Shown here: piece after piece, positions 53,176 through 64,000 of the stretch
Layout: the number at the start of each line of letters is the position of its first letter
Numbering within the stretch: the stretch's first letter is position 1
Source: Octopus vulgaris
Lineage: Eukaryota
Direction of reading: 5' to 3'
NCBI GenBank assembly: GCA_951406725.2
Contig: OX597825.1
Coordinates: 44,144,001-44,208,000 of the forward strand
DNA: 64,000 nt
Made by a program: the position numbers and the translations under genes
Notes under the pieces: model-generated
Told to the model about the DNA's origin: nothing
The model's input: the letters and a program-made list of their open reading frames with translations, nothing else
Database searches by the model: none

Positions 53176-56100
53176 CGCCTAACGGGCGGGGTGTTTTTTT
53201 GGAGCGCTGTAAGTTTATGTTTAATTCACTTGTTTTAAAAGGTCCTATACTATATTTTGTTGCTTAAATCGTTTTGCAAACCAGCTGCTCTTCGGGTGGG
53301 GGTGGGGGGCTGACGTTTGTTAACCAAATCCCCATTTTGGGGGCGATACAAACCATTTTGTTTTCAAATTTCTTCGAAAATTTGCTTCGATGGAAGTAAA
53401 CATTGAAGATGGCAACGAAAAGCGGGAGTGAGAAAGGAAGGTGGTACAGCAGTTTGCATGTCCTCCCCAACCATGATTGGCGATAGGCAGCGGGAAGAAA
53501 AGAAGGAAGAAGTGTCAAGAAAAGAAGAAAGAAGAGGAAGACCAGAAAGATAGCGAGAGTAAGGAAGGAGTAAAGTCTCCCTCACTATATGGAAATTGTA
53601 GTAGCACGCAAAACAATATTGCAAACAACTGCGGCGAAGGATCTAACAAAAATGGAGTTAACGGTAGGAAAGAAACTTTTGCAAATATCATGGCAGCTAA
53701 GGAATTGGTTAACATCTAATTGGAGAAAAAAAAAAGAAAAATGAAACAAGGCAGCAAATTATATGAAAATGAATGAAAGGAGGGAAAAATTGACACCTCC
53801 AAGCGACGTGCTAGATGTAACAGCCGAACGGACAGTTGTATACAGATACGCGAACACAAAGACAAGGAAACTCGAAAATGCTAACCGCGACCAAGGCTGA
53901 AAGACATATGGCAGGATATCCACCACATTGCAAGAGCGAGGCAGTACGATACAGAACTCGGTGACCGCGCCTCGCACAGAGGATATCACCCTCTTCCATA
54001 CGTATATGGAAAGAAGGGTGGTACAAATTACGGTACCCGGAATCCCACTGGGACTGGATTTATGGTAGACTCTCGCCTGTATTTGTACATACGGCGGGAA
54101 ATATTTCATGGATGTTAAAATGTCGAGGAGGGAAAATTGGGTTGGAACTGCCTTGGAGGTTCTTCTCCACGTGAAGCCAGATTAGTCAGAAAAAGTCCCA
54201 GACCTGATTTCCCTCTCGAATGGAATAGAAGAAGGGTGAACGTGGAAGGCAGAAGGCCGATGTACCACGATTGTGGTTCAACGGCCCACTTACGGTTTCA
54301 CTGCCCACAAAACCAGAACAGAAATGCAGAAAGAAATGTCCAAACGAAAGCACCATAACCCATGAGTCGACAGAAACAACAATAACAACAGAAAGGCAGG
54401 GGTATAGAAACAGAAACTGAACCCAAGGTAGGTGTTACAGTAAAGATGGCAATGGGAGTAGCACCAGCAGCGGTGGCAGAAGCTACAGTAGCAGGAATAG
54501 CAACAATAATAACAACAACAGCAATAACAGCAACAACTACTACGAGATAACCAGAACAAAAAACACCAGAAGAAAACATACAAGACACGGACTCCTGTAC
54601 GTGGCCTGGGGTCGCCGTGGAAGCAAGGACGCTTGCGCAACGACCTCAGGTGGTTAAGTTTACATGTAATAGCCATCAGTGAGACTAGGATCACGGACAC
54701 ATGGACCTTGGCTCCCATTTTCGCCTGGATCTCGAGATACGGTCGGTCGATCGGTTTTCTTGGACCCGGAAGGTAAGTTGGTGGTCTTGGACGTGAACAA
54801 TAACGAAGGCAGCGCTTTTAGAGTGGTTGCAGTGTACACACCGACAGGAGCGGCACAGCCGGAGTTCTTCAGATGCCTGGTGGCCTTTCTAGGGACGTCT
54901 TACTCATAAGTGTTAGAGGGCGATTGGAACGCCATTTTGGATGCACGTGTAGATTGGGTGGGGTTAGCGAACAGGTGAGGGGATGCACAAGCCTTGTAAA
55001 CCTGCTCATTCGTTTCCTATTGGCGGACACGTTCAGACTGGATTCCCTGAACACTCCAGTGTTGATACGGGCAAACAGTGTCGGGTCATCTAGATCTGAT
55101 CTAGATAGGGTATTTTCTAGGCCAGCAGATAGGAATAGCATAAGGTGTCCCCAATTTGAATTCGTCAACTACACAGGCCACAAAGTTGTGGTCTGTACGG
55201 TTGAATTAGATAGACTCCATAGTCAGGGATCCGGATACTGGAAGCTGAAAGCGTCCTTTCGGGCATGTCAAGCTTTCAGAGACCGGCTTAGCTAGTTAGT
55301 CCATCGAATGTTGACGGGTGCAGTCGTCAACAACCGATGGTGAGGGACCCTAAAACGGGTGATTAGAGTAGAAGCTGTAGAATTTAGCAGAGAATTAGCG
55401 ATAGAGAAGACTAGAGTAGAAGGAGATCTAGTTAAGAAATTAGAGGAGCCACTCAGTAGATGCATAATGACCAACATGATGGCAACGAGATTGCTTCTCA
55501 ACCAATTCTTCAACACCAAGCATGAAGGTTGCATTGTCAGAGCTAGGGCGCGTGCTCTAAAGCAAGATGAAACGGAAACCGTTCGATGGGCCCGGGTGGC
55601 CGTGGCGCAACGTTGTAATAAAATTATAATTCGGTCTTTGAGGGGTCGGGACGGGTGCATGCTACACGAGTCGAAATAGATGTGTGTGATATTTTAGCGG
55701 AACTTTGCTGAACTGTACGGGGCGCGCGGTAGCCCGGTTTCGGAGGCGGAGGCGAACATCACCTCCTACATTGATGCTATGTCGCGGCTTTCGGCCAGGG
55801 TAGTGGAGTACTGCGAAATGCCGATTACAGCTGAAGATATACGTGACGCGTTGGCTAGTTGCACGTGGGATACGTCTCTGGGGTTGGATGGTCTACCCTT
55901 CGGGCTTTATATACATATGCCAGACATGTTTGGTGAGCTTATGGTAGACGTCGACCGCAACTGGCAGCATAACGGGAGACTACCCGGATCTGTGAGCCAA
56001 GGTGTGGTGTCGTTACTGAGAAAGGATCCGAACATGGGGGACATTGTTGATAACTTGAGGCCGGTAACTCTGCTACATACAGATAACAAAATTTTGGCCA

Positions 56101-58126
56101 AAGTGTTAGCAAAGAGGTTGGCGCTTGTCGTTGACAGACTGGTGGGTGATGCGCGATACGTCATAGAGAGGGTTGGTAAAGAACCTGGCATGGGTGGGGC
56201 CCTGATCCATTTGGATCAATTGAAAACTTTTGTTAGGGTCGAACATCTGTACTTGGAGGATGTCCACAAGGTGGCTGGTTTCTGTCCCGTTTTCAGAGGT
56301 TTGATTGCTGCAATGTACAGCAACATCTGTTTGGTGATCAAAGTAAATGGCCACCTCTCGGAATCGTTTAGTATCGCACGTTCGGTCCATCAAGGATGCC
56401 TGCTCTCGTCCCTTCTCTCCGTACTGGCACTCGAGCCATTACTGCGAAAGCTGGAGGTTTTGAGGGGCACCCCGCGTGAGTTGGAATGGGGAAGGTTCGT
56501 GTCGACGTATGCGGGCGACGTCACCGTGATAGAGTCGGACATCTCAGAAATCGAGATGGCCGGCACTACACTAAGGGAATATGCAGCGTTGATAGGAGTA
56601 ATGATCAACTAAGAGAAGTCAGTGGGCCTGCAGCTCGGCTCCTGGAGAGGCAGGCCCATGCCAACCGACAGCGTTGTGGGGCGCTGGAGAGAAGAGAGAA
56701 GAGCCTCTCAAGTTGCTCAGGGTCTGGTTCAGTCTGGATCTCCAAGTGGACAAGAACTGGGGCGAGGTGACAGACATGATGGCCAATCTCACCCAGAAAT
56801 GGGCCGAGAGGAAGCTGTCCATGAAAGGTCTGACGGAGTTGGCGAATGTATACATCGCAACAGTCATATACTACCGCATGACTGTCGTTCCATGTCCCGT
56901 TTCGTGCCTGAACGAGCTGGTGTGTTTGCCCTTCCGCTTCCAGTGGAAGGGAAGAGGTACCGCTTGTCAGACGGTTCATTTGCTGTCAGTACATGTTACG
57001 TGGAAGACTGGCATGCCGTGGATGAGGGCGCACTGACATGTGCTGAGGCTGCGACATATCTAACGATACCTTAATGGTGAGCAGGTGTAGTCACCATTTG
57101 TTGAACACGCTTTTCTGTAGCTCATCTCCCTGACGGAGCTGACTGCCTGGATCAGACGCCGACCGAAGCAGGGCGCTTGTCACCCAGAGTGTTTCCAAGC
57201 GCTCACAGCTCTCGGTCAGTCGGATAATGCGGTCGGTAGCAGTTCCACTTCGGAGTTCTATAGGGGATTAGTGGAGTGCAAGAGCGACGACCTACTCGGA
57301 GTGGTCCTGGGCGTCGTGGAGCATCAACTGGCTGGTCTCTTCCGGAGGGCTTTCGGGCCGATAACTATGGATAACTTCAAGAAAACTCTGGCCTGTCAGT
57401 GCTAACGAGGAGGCTCTGCTGGTTGGAGATAAGCTCTGCAGGCACTGGTGTGCAGTCAGTCGGGCTTGTCCGAGATGCACGCGGAGCGATGAACCGTTCT
57501 GTATGTTCTCTTACAGTTCCTGCGCATTGCTGACTTGTGGAGCTTTGTTGAACAGTTATTGTCACGTATAGGACGGATCCGGGTGTCGTCCGAGTCCATT
57601 ATGAAGATTGCCCTGCCTCCTTCTTTTGGCCGGGAAGGGAGGGCAATTTTTCTTTGTCTGGCGGCTATGGCAAAAGAGGTTGTGTGACGGACGTGATTAA
57701 AAGGGTTGAATACGGCTACTTTCCTCTTTAGCCAAGGCCTCATTAACTTTTTCAGGTTCCACCTGAAAAGGAAATTGAGGCTGGAGAGGGAGGCACTATC
57801 ACCCAGTAAGTTCGTTGAAAGGAGGGTGAATATGGCAAGAAAGGCCCGCGTGAACGGGCCTATTCTAAGTGTGTGCCTGTAGACCAGAAGGAAAGAAGAA
57901 AGGGTGCCTTCCTGAGAAGCCGTTGGTGTTAAGAGGGTCTAAAGTGCGTCAGGTCTCTTTAGTCACCTTATTGTGGAATTCCCCCGTATTTGGGAAGCAT
58001 ATTGTTGATTTAATCTCTTTGTTATTCGTTGTATTTGGTGGCTGTTTGCACGTTTAACCTGACTGTCCTGCGTCTGTGTATCGTCCTTTATGTTTTGTAT
58101 TGGGCCCTGGTGGCTAATAAGGAGAA
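53176..58126 (+). mobile_element. Full-length degenerate Tx1-clade LINE: ORF1 with zinc knuckle; ORF2 with APE, RT and Cys motif
   Basis: YHDCGSTAHLRFHCP (ORF1); AISETR, VVAVYTP, GDWNAILD, DLDRVF, GYWKL (APE); GLDGLP, NLRPVTLLHTDNKILAKVLAKRL, HQGCLLS, YAGDVT (RT 55779-56612); CPRC at about 57467; (ATT)n on both sides. Confidence 0.9.
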
Positions 58127-58141
58127 ATTATTATTATTATT

Positions 58142-59830
58142 CCTTCGTAGCACAGTGTAAGTAAAAATGTATCGGAGTCTTTAGTTATCTGTCAAGTCAC
58201 AACAAGGACCTCAGACAAATAATATTTTCCTTAACATGTGCGCTGTGCCCAGTGAGGCTGCTTTTAGCAAGACATCAATATTGCATGGGATTTCCGGTTG
58301 CCTTAAAAGTCTTAAAGCTTCAATGGGATTCAGCCCAGCTCTCCGATCACCACTGGTATCACTTTTACATTACCCTCTCGCATTCCATACAGTCTTACCA
58401 TTTCCACTTTCAATTCGTAGTACTTGGTGATTTGTTCAACCTCTTTACTCACAACATTCATGTCATTTCGTATGGCTACATCAATGATCTGACAGTATTT
58501 GTCTTTCTTAATCAATATGACAATGTCCGGCCGACGGTGTTCGATTACACTATCCGGCTGAAAATTATAATCCCAGAGGTCTTCATCTCTATTTATCAAA
58601 TACTCCTTATACAATGGGCAATACTAATTAGTCCTCTGCCACTGTTCCTTCTTTTCATATACAGTCTGTTTACGTTTGCTTTGAGGTGTAGCGCCCCATG
58701 CAGCGTCATCAGCTTTCTTGTCCTTCAATCCATTGTTCATATTTCCTCCTTAGTCCATTTGAGGATGGACGCACTATATCTGACCACCGCAACTGCCCAG
58801 ATATTCATTGCGGTGATCAAAGTTTTGGTATTCAGGTTGGATTTCAACACCATCTTCACCGGGTTATTTTTGAACAATCTTTTCTCCTCGAACTGCTTAT
58901 TTCTGTTCACAAATCTTCTAATCTTCTGGCTTTTTGCCATGATCATCTGTTTTAACTGCGCTATTACTGCATCAAACCCGTTCTTCCGCAATTTATATTT
59001 CTTCCCTAATTTTTCTAGGTTGGTGTTTTTCCCATTTTTCTAGTTTCCTCTTAACGGTTGCTCAGTTTTTCCTAGATCTTGCCTTGCCCGCATTATGTCC
59101 TTATCAATGCGTCGTTTCCACCATGGTTCTTTTGTTCCACCATTATTTGTTTTCTCAGGTTGTAATTTCTCCTTAACAAGTAGCGCAATAGCCCGGAGAA
59201 CATTCTTTGTTTGTGTTATGTCCTCCGTCTGGATGTATGGTATGGCAGTATCTTTGTGTTACTTTATTTATTATACTCCTATCTACACTTCTCTTATTCA
59301 GTCGTCTTTGAATTTCAAACAATTCACTATCTAGTTGGTTCATTTCCACTGGATGTCCACCCACCACAGTATCAGGGTTCACTGTTTAACGTTCCTGTTC
59401 CTCATCCTTAACAGCCTCATCACCATTCTACCGTTCCTTCTGTCTACTCTCCCCCCTGCTTTCAACTCCTACCTCTCTGTTTTCAACTCCGACCATTCTT
59501 TATAACCCGTCCACAGGATCTCTCAGACACTAATCCGAGATATTTCTACTCCATAAGTAATCCTTCCTCCTAATCACTCTCACTTGGTTCATTAGTTTAT
59601 TTTCTGATATTGGACACATATCTTCCTTCGTCCACTTATATCTGCTTTTGCGCACACCGTGTATGGGATCTGTTGTGACATAACGACCGTCCTTGGCCAG
59701 ATCACTGCCCCTGATGCAAGCGGTTTCACCATGATCGGCTATAGCTTCATTCTCGCCGTTAATTCTCTCCTTGTGTTGCATCAGGATTTCATGATTCATT
59801 CGTGGGGTTCCCACGAGAGTTGTTATTGAG
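58142..59830 (-). mobile_element. R4/Dong-clade deletion derivative: N-terminus and REL retained, RT core missing
   Basis: RRPDIVI..IIDVAI..KYYELKVE..VIPVVIGELG (58330-58614); QFEEKRLFKNNP joined to VLKSNLNTKTLITAMNIWAV (58737-58991); RYKWTKED..KLMNQVRVI (59530-59814). Confidence 0.8.
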
Positions 59831-59894
59831 ATCCCATCTACCTTTTCCTCTCTTTATTTGTATATATACACATGTACATGTATGTACATACATA

Positions 59895-60150
59895 TATAAT
59901 GTAACGTGCTTTCATTGTGTCGCCTCCATTACCACAGTGATTATCATTACCACCATCGTTCTACCTATAGCCTTTAAAATTATCAATAATAATATGGGTC
60001 CCGGATATTGCAGCAGATCTTGGTCCCTATTTATCAAATACTCGGCAGACGTTCTCCTTTCACTCCTTATACAATGGTCTATACTAATCAGTCCTCTGCC
60101 ACCATTCTTTCTTTTCATATACAGTCACTTTACGTTTGCAGTTAGCACTT
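59895..60150 (-). mobile_element. Short fragment of the same R4/Dong family
   Basis: YMKRKNGGRGLISIDHCI, homologous to about 58590-58680. Confidence 0.7.
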
Positions 60151-60539
60151 AATACTATCTTTTGCGCTCATTGCATGAATAGTAATCCAGGAGTCATTCT
60201 CAACTAATTTTTAGTTCCTTTACTGGTCATTTCAAGTGCTCTCACAATCATTGGTTTTGTAACCGTCTTGAGAGTAGGAGAAAGAGAAGCAGTTTGGTGA
60301 GCAAACCAAATTCTACAGGTCTGTAAATACATTCGGCAGCTGGTAAGGAGATCAGCAGTAGGCATTCCTGTGCGATAAGGAGACAAACGAGGCCTCACAT
60401 CCTTGGGGTCAAATGTATTTACTACTACTAGCTCTCAATGAGAGCGATGACCTTAGTCTTGAGAAGAACCAGTTCACCTTGTTCTATTTTTAATTTTTAA
60501 TTCTCCGTGCATTTAAGTGTGTTGTTGCAATAAAACGTA

Positions 60540-61000
60540 TGTTTACATATTCGGATAGTCAGGGAGATAAGAAAGATGAAACTTACACACAAAATTGTAG
60601 ATACTAAAGATTTTAAATTTTCTAGAGATGTTCGTATGTATGTCCGATCAGAAAAGACTGTAGTGCTTTTGCTGTAAAAAGGATGTTTACATTTTCGAAT
60701 ACTTAGGAAGAAAGGAAAGGAAAGAAAAGGAGGGTAAAATTTTCACAGAAAATTGTAGATATTAAAGTTTTAAGATTCACTAAAGATGAACTTTTGTATG
60801 TCCAAACAGAGAAAGCTGTAGTGTTCTTAGAATAAAAAGGATGGTTACTGAGAGAGAAAGGAAAAAATAGGTATTCACAGAAGTTGTAGTTTTTAAAGCT
60901 GATCGTTTGTATGTTCGAAAACTGTAGATATGAAAGTTTCTTATTTTGAAGGAAATTTTAAATATTCACAAGTAATTGTAGATACTCCAGTCTTTGAGAG
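60540..61000. repeat. Degenerate 145-160-bp tandem repeat (3-4 units)
   Basis: G(T/G)TTAC..CACA.AAAATTGTAGATA.TAAAG..TGTATGTCC..CTGTAGTG..TAAAAAGGAT recurs at about 60540, 60685 and 60843. Confidence 0.7.
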
Positions 61001-61118
61001 TTATTTTTCAGTTGTTCTGCTGGGTTATATTAGTGTTTCTGTGTCTTCAGCTGCTGACTGGTCAGAGCAGCGAAGTACACGTCCAGCCGCTGTCAAGGCT
61101 ATTCTTCTTCTTCTTCTT

Positions 61119-61250
<132 letters not shown>

Positions 61251-61269
61251 CATAATAAATAAATAAATA

Positions 61270-61708
61270 AATAAAAAAAAGTTTGTTTTAAACCTTGGGA
61301 TTACATAGAGAGTATTTTGCGTAGGATATGAGCAGTTCCCATGAGCACTATCTTTTGAATTTCTGCCATTTTGGGGTTTCCTGGTATCTGAGTTAGGTAG
61401 CAATCAGTCCCTTTCGTTATCATTCCCAGGGCACCTATGACAACAGGTATTGTTTTAGTCTTCAGCTTCCACATTTTGCTGATTTCTATTTCAAGATCTT
61501 TATATTTGCTCAGTATTTGGTAGGTCTTGACAGATACGTTTATATCGATTGGGACAGTCATATCAACGAGGAGGCATGTTCTTTGTCTGAAGTCTTTCAA
61601 TATAATGTCTGGCCTATTTGCATCTATCTTCCTGTCAGTTTGAATGGTGAAGTTCCAGAGGTGTGAGATGTGGTCATTTTCAAGCACAGGAGGTGGATTG
61701 TGTTCCAC
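61270..61708 (-). mobile_element. 5'-truncated R4/Dong family-3 copy with uninterrupted REL endonuclease frame, (TTA)n on both sides
   Basis: ORF 61301-61708: LWNFTIQTDRKIDANRPDIIL..LVDMTVP..SKYKDLEIE..GTAHILRKILSM*. Confidence 0.9.
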
Positions 61709-61808
<100 letters not shown>

Positions 61809-61809
61809 C

Positions 61810-62248
61810 AAGGCGGTTAGCTGACAGAATCGTTAGCATGGTTAGTAGTACTTCATCTTTGCAATCTGAGTTCAGATTCTGCCAAGTTCGATATAGCCTT
61901 TCATCCTTTCGAGATCGATGAAATAAGTGTTAGTTAAGCTTTGGGGCCGATGTGATCGATTATTCCCCTCGCCCCTGATTTTAGGCTTTGTGCTCACAAT
62001 AGAAAGATTTATCATGATTATTATTAAGGTGGTGAACTGGCAGAATTGTTTGGGCGCCGAATTAAATGCTGTGCAGTATTCCTTCCGGCTCTTTAGGTTC
62101 TGAGTTCAGATGCCGCCTACCTCGACTTGCCTTTCATTTTTTCAGGTCGATATAATAAGTACCAGTCAAGTACTGGGGTCGATGTGATTGACTTGCACCA
62201 TCCTCTCAAAATTGCGGGCCCTGTGCCAAAATTTGAAACAATTATTTT
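61810..62248 (+). mobile_element. Two tandem monomeric family-A SINEs
   Basis: Heads GGCGGTTAGCTGACAGAATCGTTAGC (61812) and GGTGGTGAACTGGCAGAATTGTT (62028), each with GAGTTCAGAT and the core. Confidence 0.8.
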
Positions 62249-63384
62249 TATTTTATTGCTGTTGTTTTTATTGTACCACCGGAACAATGAGACCCGTAGG
62301 ATTTGGATTTTGAGCGCAGAACGTTGACCGTGATTGTTATTTGGACTATGTTCCTATGCTTTGTACCGATTTGTCAACTTTCTTCTTAGCACTGTGGATA
62401 AGCAGAACTACTAAATCATTAGTCAAAGTGTCTTATGACATTTAGTCTCCTCGCTTTACGTTATGCTTTCTAATCCATTTTCTTTCATTCAATTAAATAA
62501 GTATCATTGAAGTTTCAAGTTCTAGGGTCGTTATAATAGACTGTACCCTCTCCTGAAATGCGTTATCTTCTGCTATATGTTAGAAATCTTGACATAATTC
62601 GTAAACACCCTTTCCCACACAAAAATACTTAGAATTATTTTTTATTCTTAGATCAAATTCAACCAAGGCTAACGTTGGTTTTCATTCTGTAGTCAAGTAA
62701 CGAGATTGAAGTAACCGACCATGCCCCTCCCACTACACACCATAAATCTATGGTTTTGTGCATATTTTAGAAATTAGAAATCACTATTAACTATTTCATT
62801 GTATGCCACTGAGGCAAACAAAATTGAATTACGAATTCGTGTTATTCATTTACGGAAGCAAATTGTTTTATCTGCAGATGTTGATCTAATTAACGCAAAA
62901 ATGGAATTTTCAGTTTTTAGCTTTTCTTAAAATGGCAAAGAAAATTCCGGAAATCCCAAAATAAATTTCTTTCCTTGATTTTACTCCGCTCAAACTTTTT
63001 AATTTGTATGTACATATCTCGAGGGAAATAGCAAAATGCAATTCATTATATGTAAGTTATTAAGAGAAGTTTGGAATTAGGATGTCTTTTTATAGTTAAC
63101 GCACAACTTTGCAAATATTTCGAAGGAGTTCCAGAATGGAATTTTGGTAATCCTGTTCGGAATTTCTAACATTTCGTGGTTTTTAGCTATTTTTATCCAA
63201 TAAACTATTAACTTGGGAGTATCTCAGAATTCACCTATTTTTCATACATTCTTGTTTTTTTCATTTGAACACACACTTTTAAAGTGATCCATCATAATTT
63301 ATATCAATACCTCCTGTCAGAATTACGTAATATCCATGTACTATACTTTTCTTATTAAAACTCACTCTCCATTTTAAAAAATAT

Positions 63385-63964
63385 TTTTTTCTACTCTAGG
63401 CACAAGACCCGAAATTTTGGGGGAGAGGGTCAGTCGAATAGATCGACTCCAGTACGCAACTGGTACTTAATTTATCAACTCCGAAAGAATGAAAGGCAAA
63501 ATCGGCCTCGGTGGAATTTGGACTCAGAACGTAAAGACTGACAAAATACCTATTTCTTTACTACCCACAAGGGGCTAAACACAGTGAGGACAAACAAGGA
63601 GAGAGAAACGGATCAAGTCGATTTTATCGACCCCAGTGCGTAACTGGTACTTATTTAATCGACCCCGAAAAGATGAAAGGCAAAGTCGACCTCGGCGGAA
63701 TTTGAACTTAGAACGTAGCTGCAGACGAAATACCTATTTCTTTACTATCCACAAAGGGCTAAACACAGAGGGGACAAACAAGGACAGACAAACGGATTAA
63801 GCCGATTACATCGACTCCAGTGCGTAACTGGTACTTATTTAATCGACCCCGAAAAGATGAAAGGTAAAGTCAACCTCGGCGGAATTTGAACTCAGAACGT
63901 AACGGCAGACGAAATACCGCCGAGCATTTCGCCCGGCGTGCTAACGTTTCTGCCAGCTCGCCGC
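63385..63964 (-). mobile_element. Family-A SINE, trimeric form, with 12-bp TSD
   Basis: One tRNA-like head and three B-box/core modules (period about 184 bp); TSD TTTAAAAAATAT at 63373-63384 and 63965-63976. Confidence 0.92.
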
Positions 63965-64000
63965 TTTAAAAAATATATGGCACACGACTAAAACCTTTAT

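Noticed and set aside
58252-59043. 263-aa hydrophobic plus-strand ORF resembling a membrane protein
   Set aside because: It is the antisense frame of the Dong derivative.

Overview
Repeat-dense eukaryotic DNA, AT-rich with very long microsatellites. The SINE and LINE types look like those of a cephalopod (Octopus-like) genome; that assignment is my inference. I cannot support any host protein-coding gene, rRNA, true tRNA or CRISPR array. The window is mostly decayed mobile elements: a near full-length RTE LINE with three C2H2 fingers (4.56-8.4 kb), many R4/Dong-clade copies stacked in (TAA)n/(TTA)n tracts (15-28, 53 and 58-61.7 kb), a full-length degenerate Tx1-clade LINE (53.2-58.1 kb), a Penelope element (51.3-52.6 kb), a second RTE (43.6-45.2 kb), several mariner/maT transposons and MITEs, a solo LTR nested in a mariner catalytic motif, and modular tRNA-derived SINEs. 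A 2.5-kb duplication across a 100-N gap is probably an assembly artefact. The best leads are: (i) an apparent microsatellite-seeding and targeting cycle linking SINE/Tx1 ATT tails to Dong insertions, (ii) a Penelope 3' region with a tRNA-like Pol III module next to a hammerhead remnant, (iii) a 560-bp non-coding element embedded in TAA tracts, (iv) a 125-bp copy of the flank inserted inside an RTE, and (v) a short unique promoter-like region at 40-43 kb. Coordinates were read by eye, so the ends of degenerate elements are approximate.
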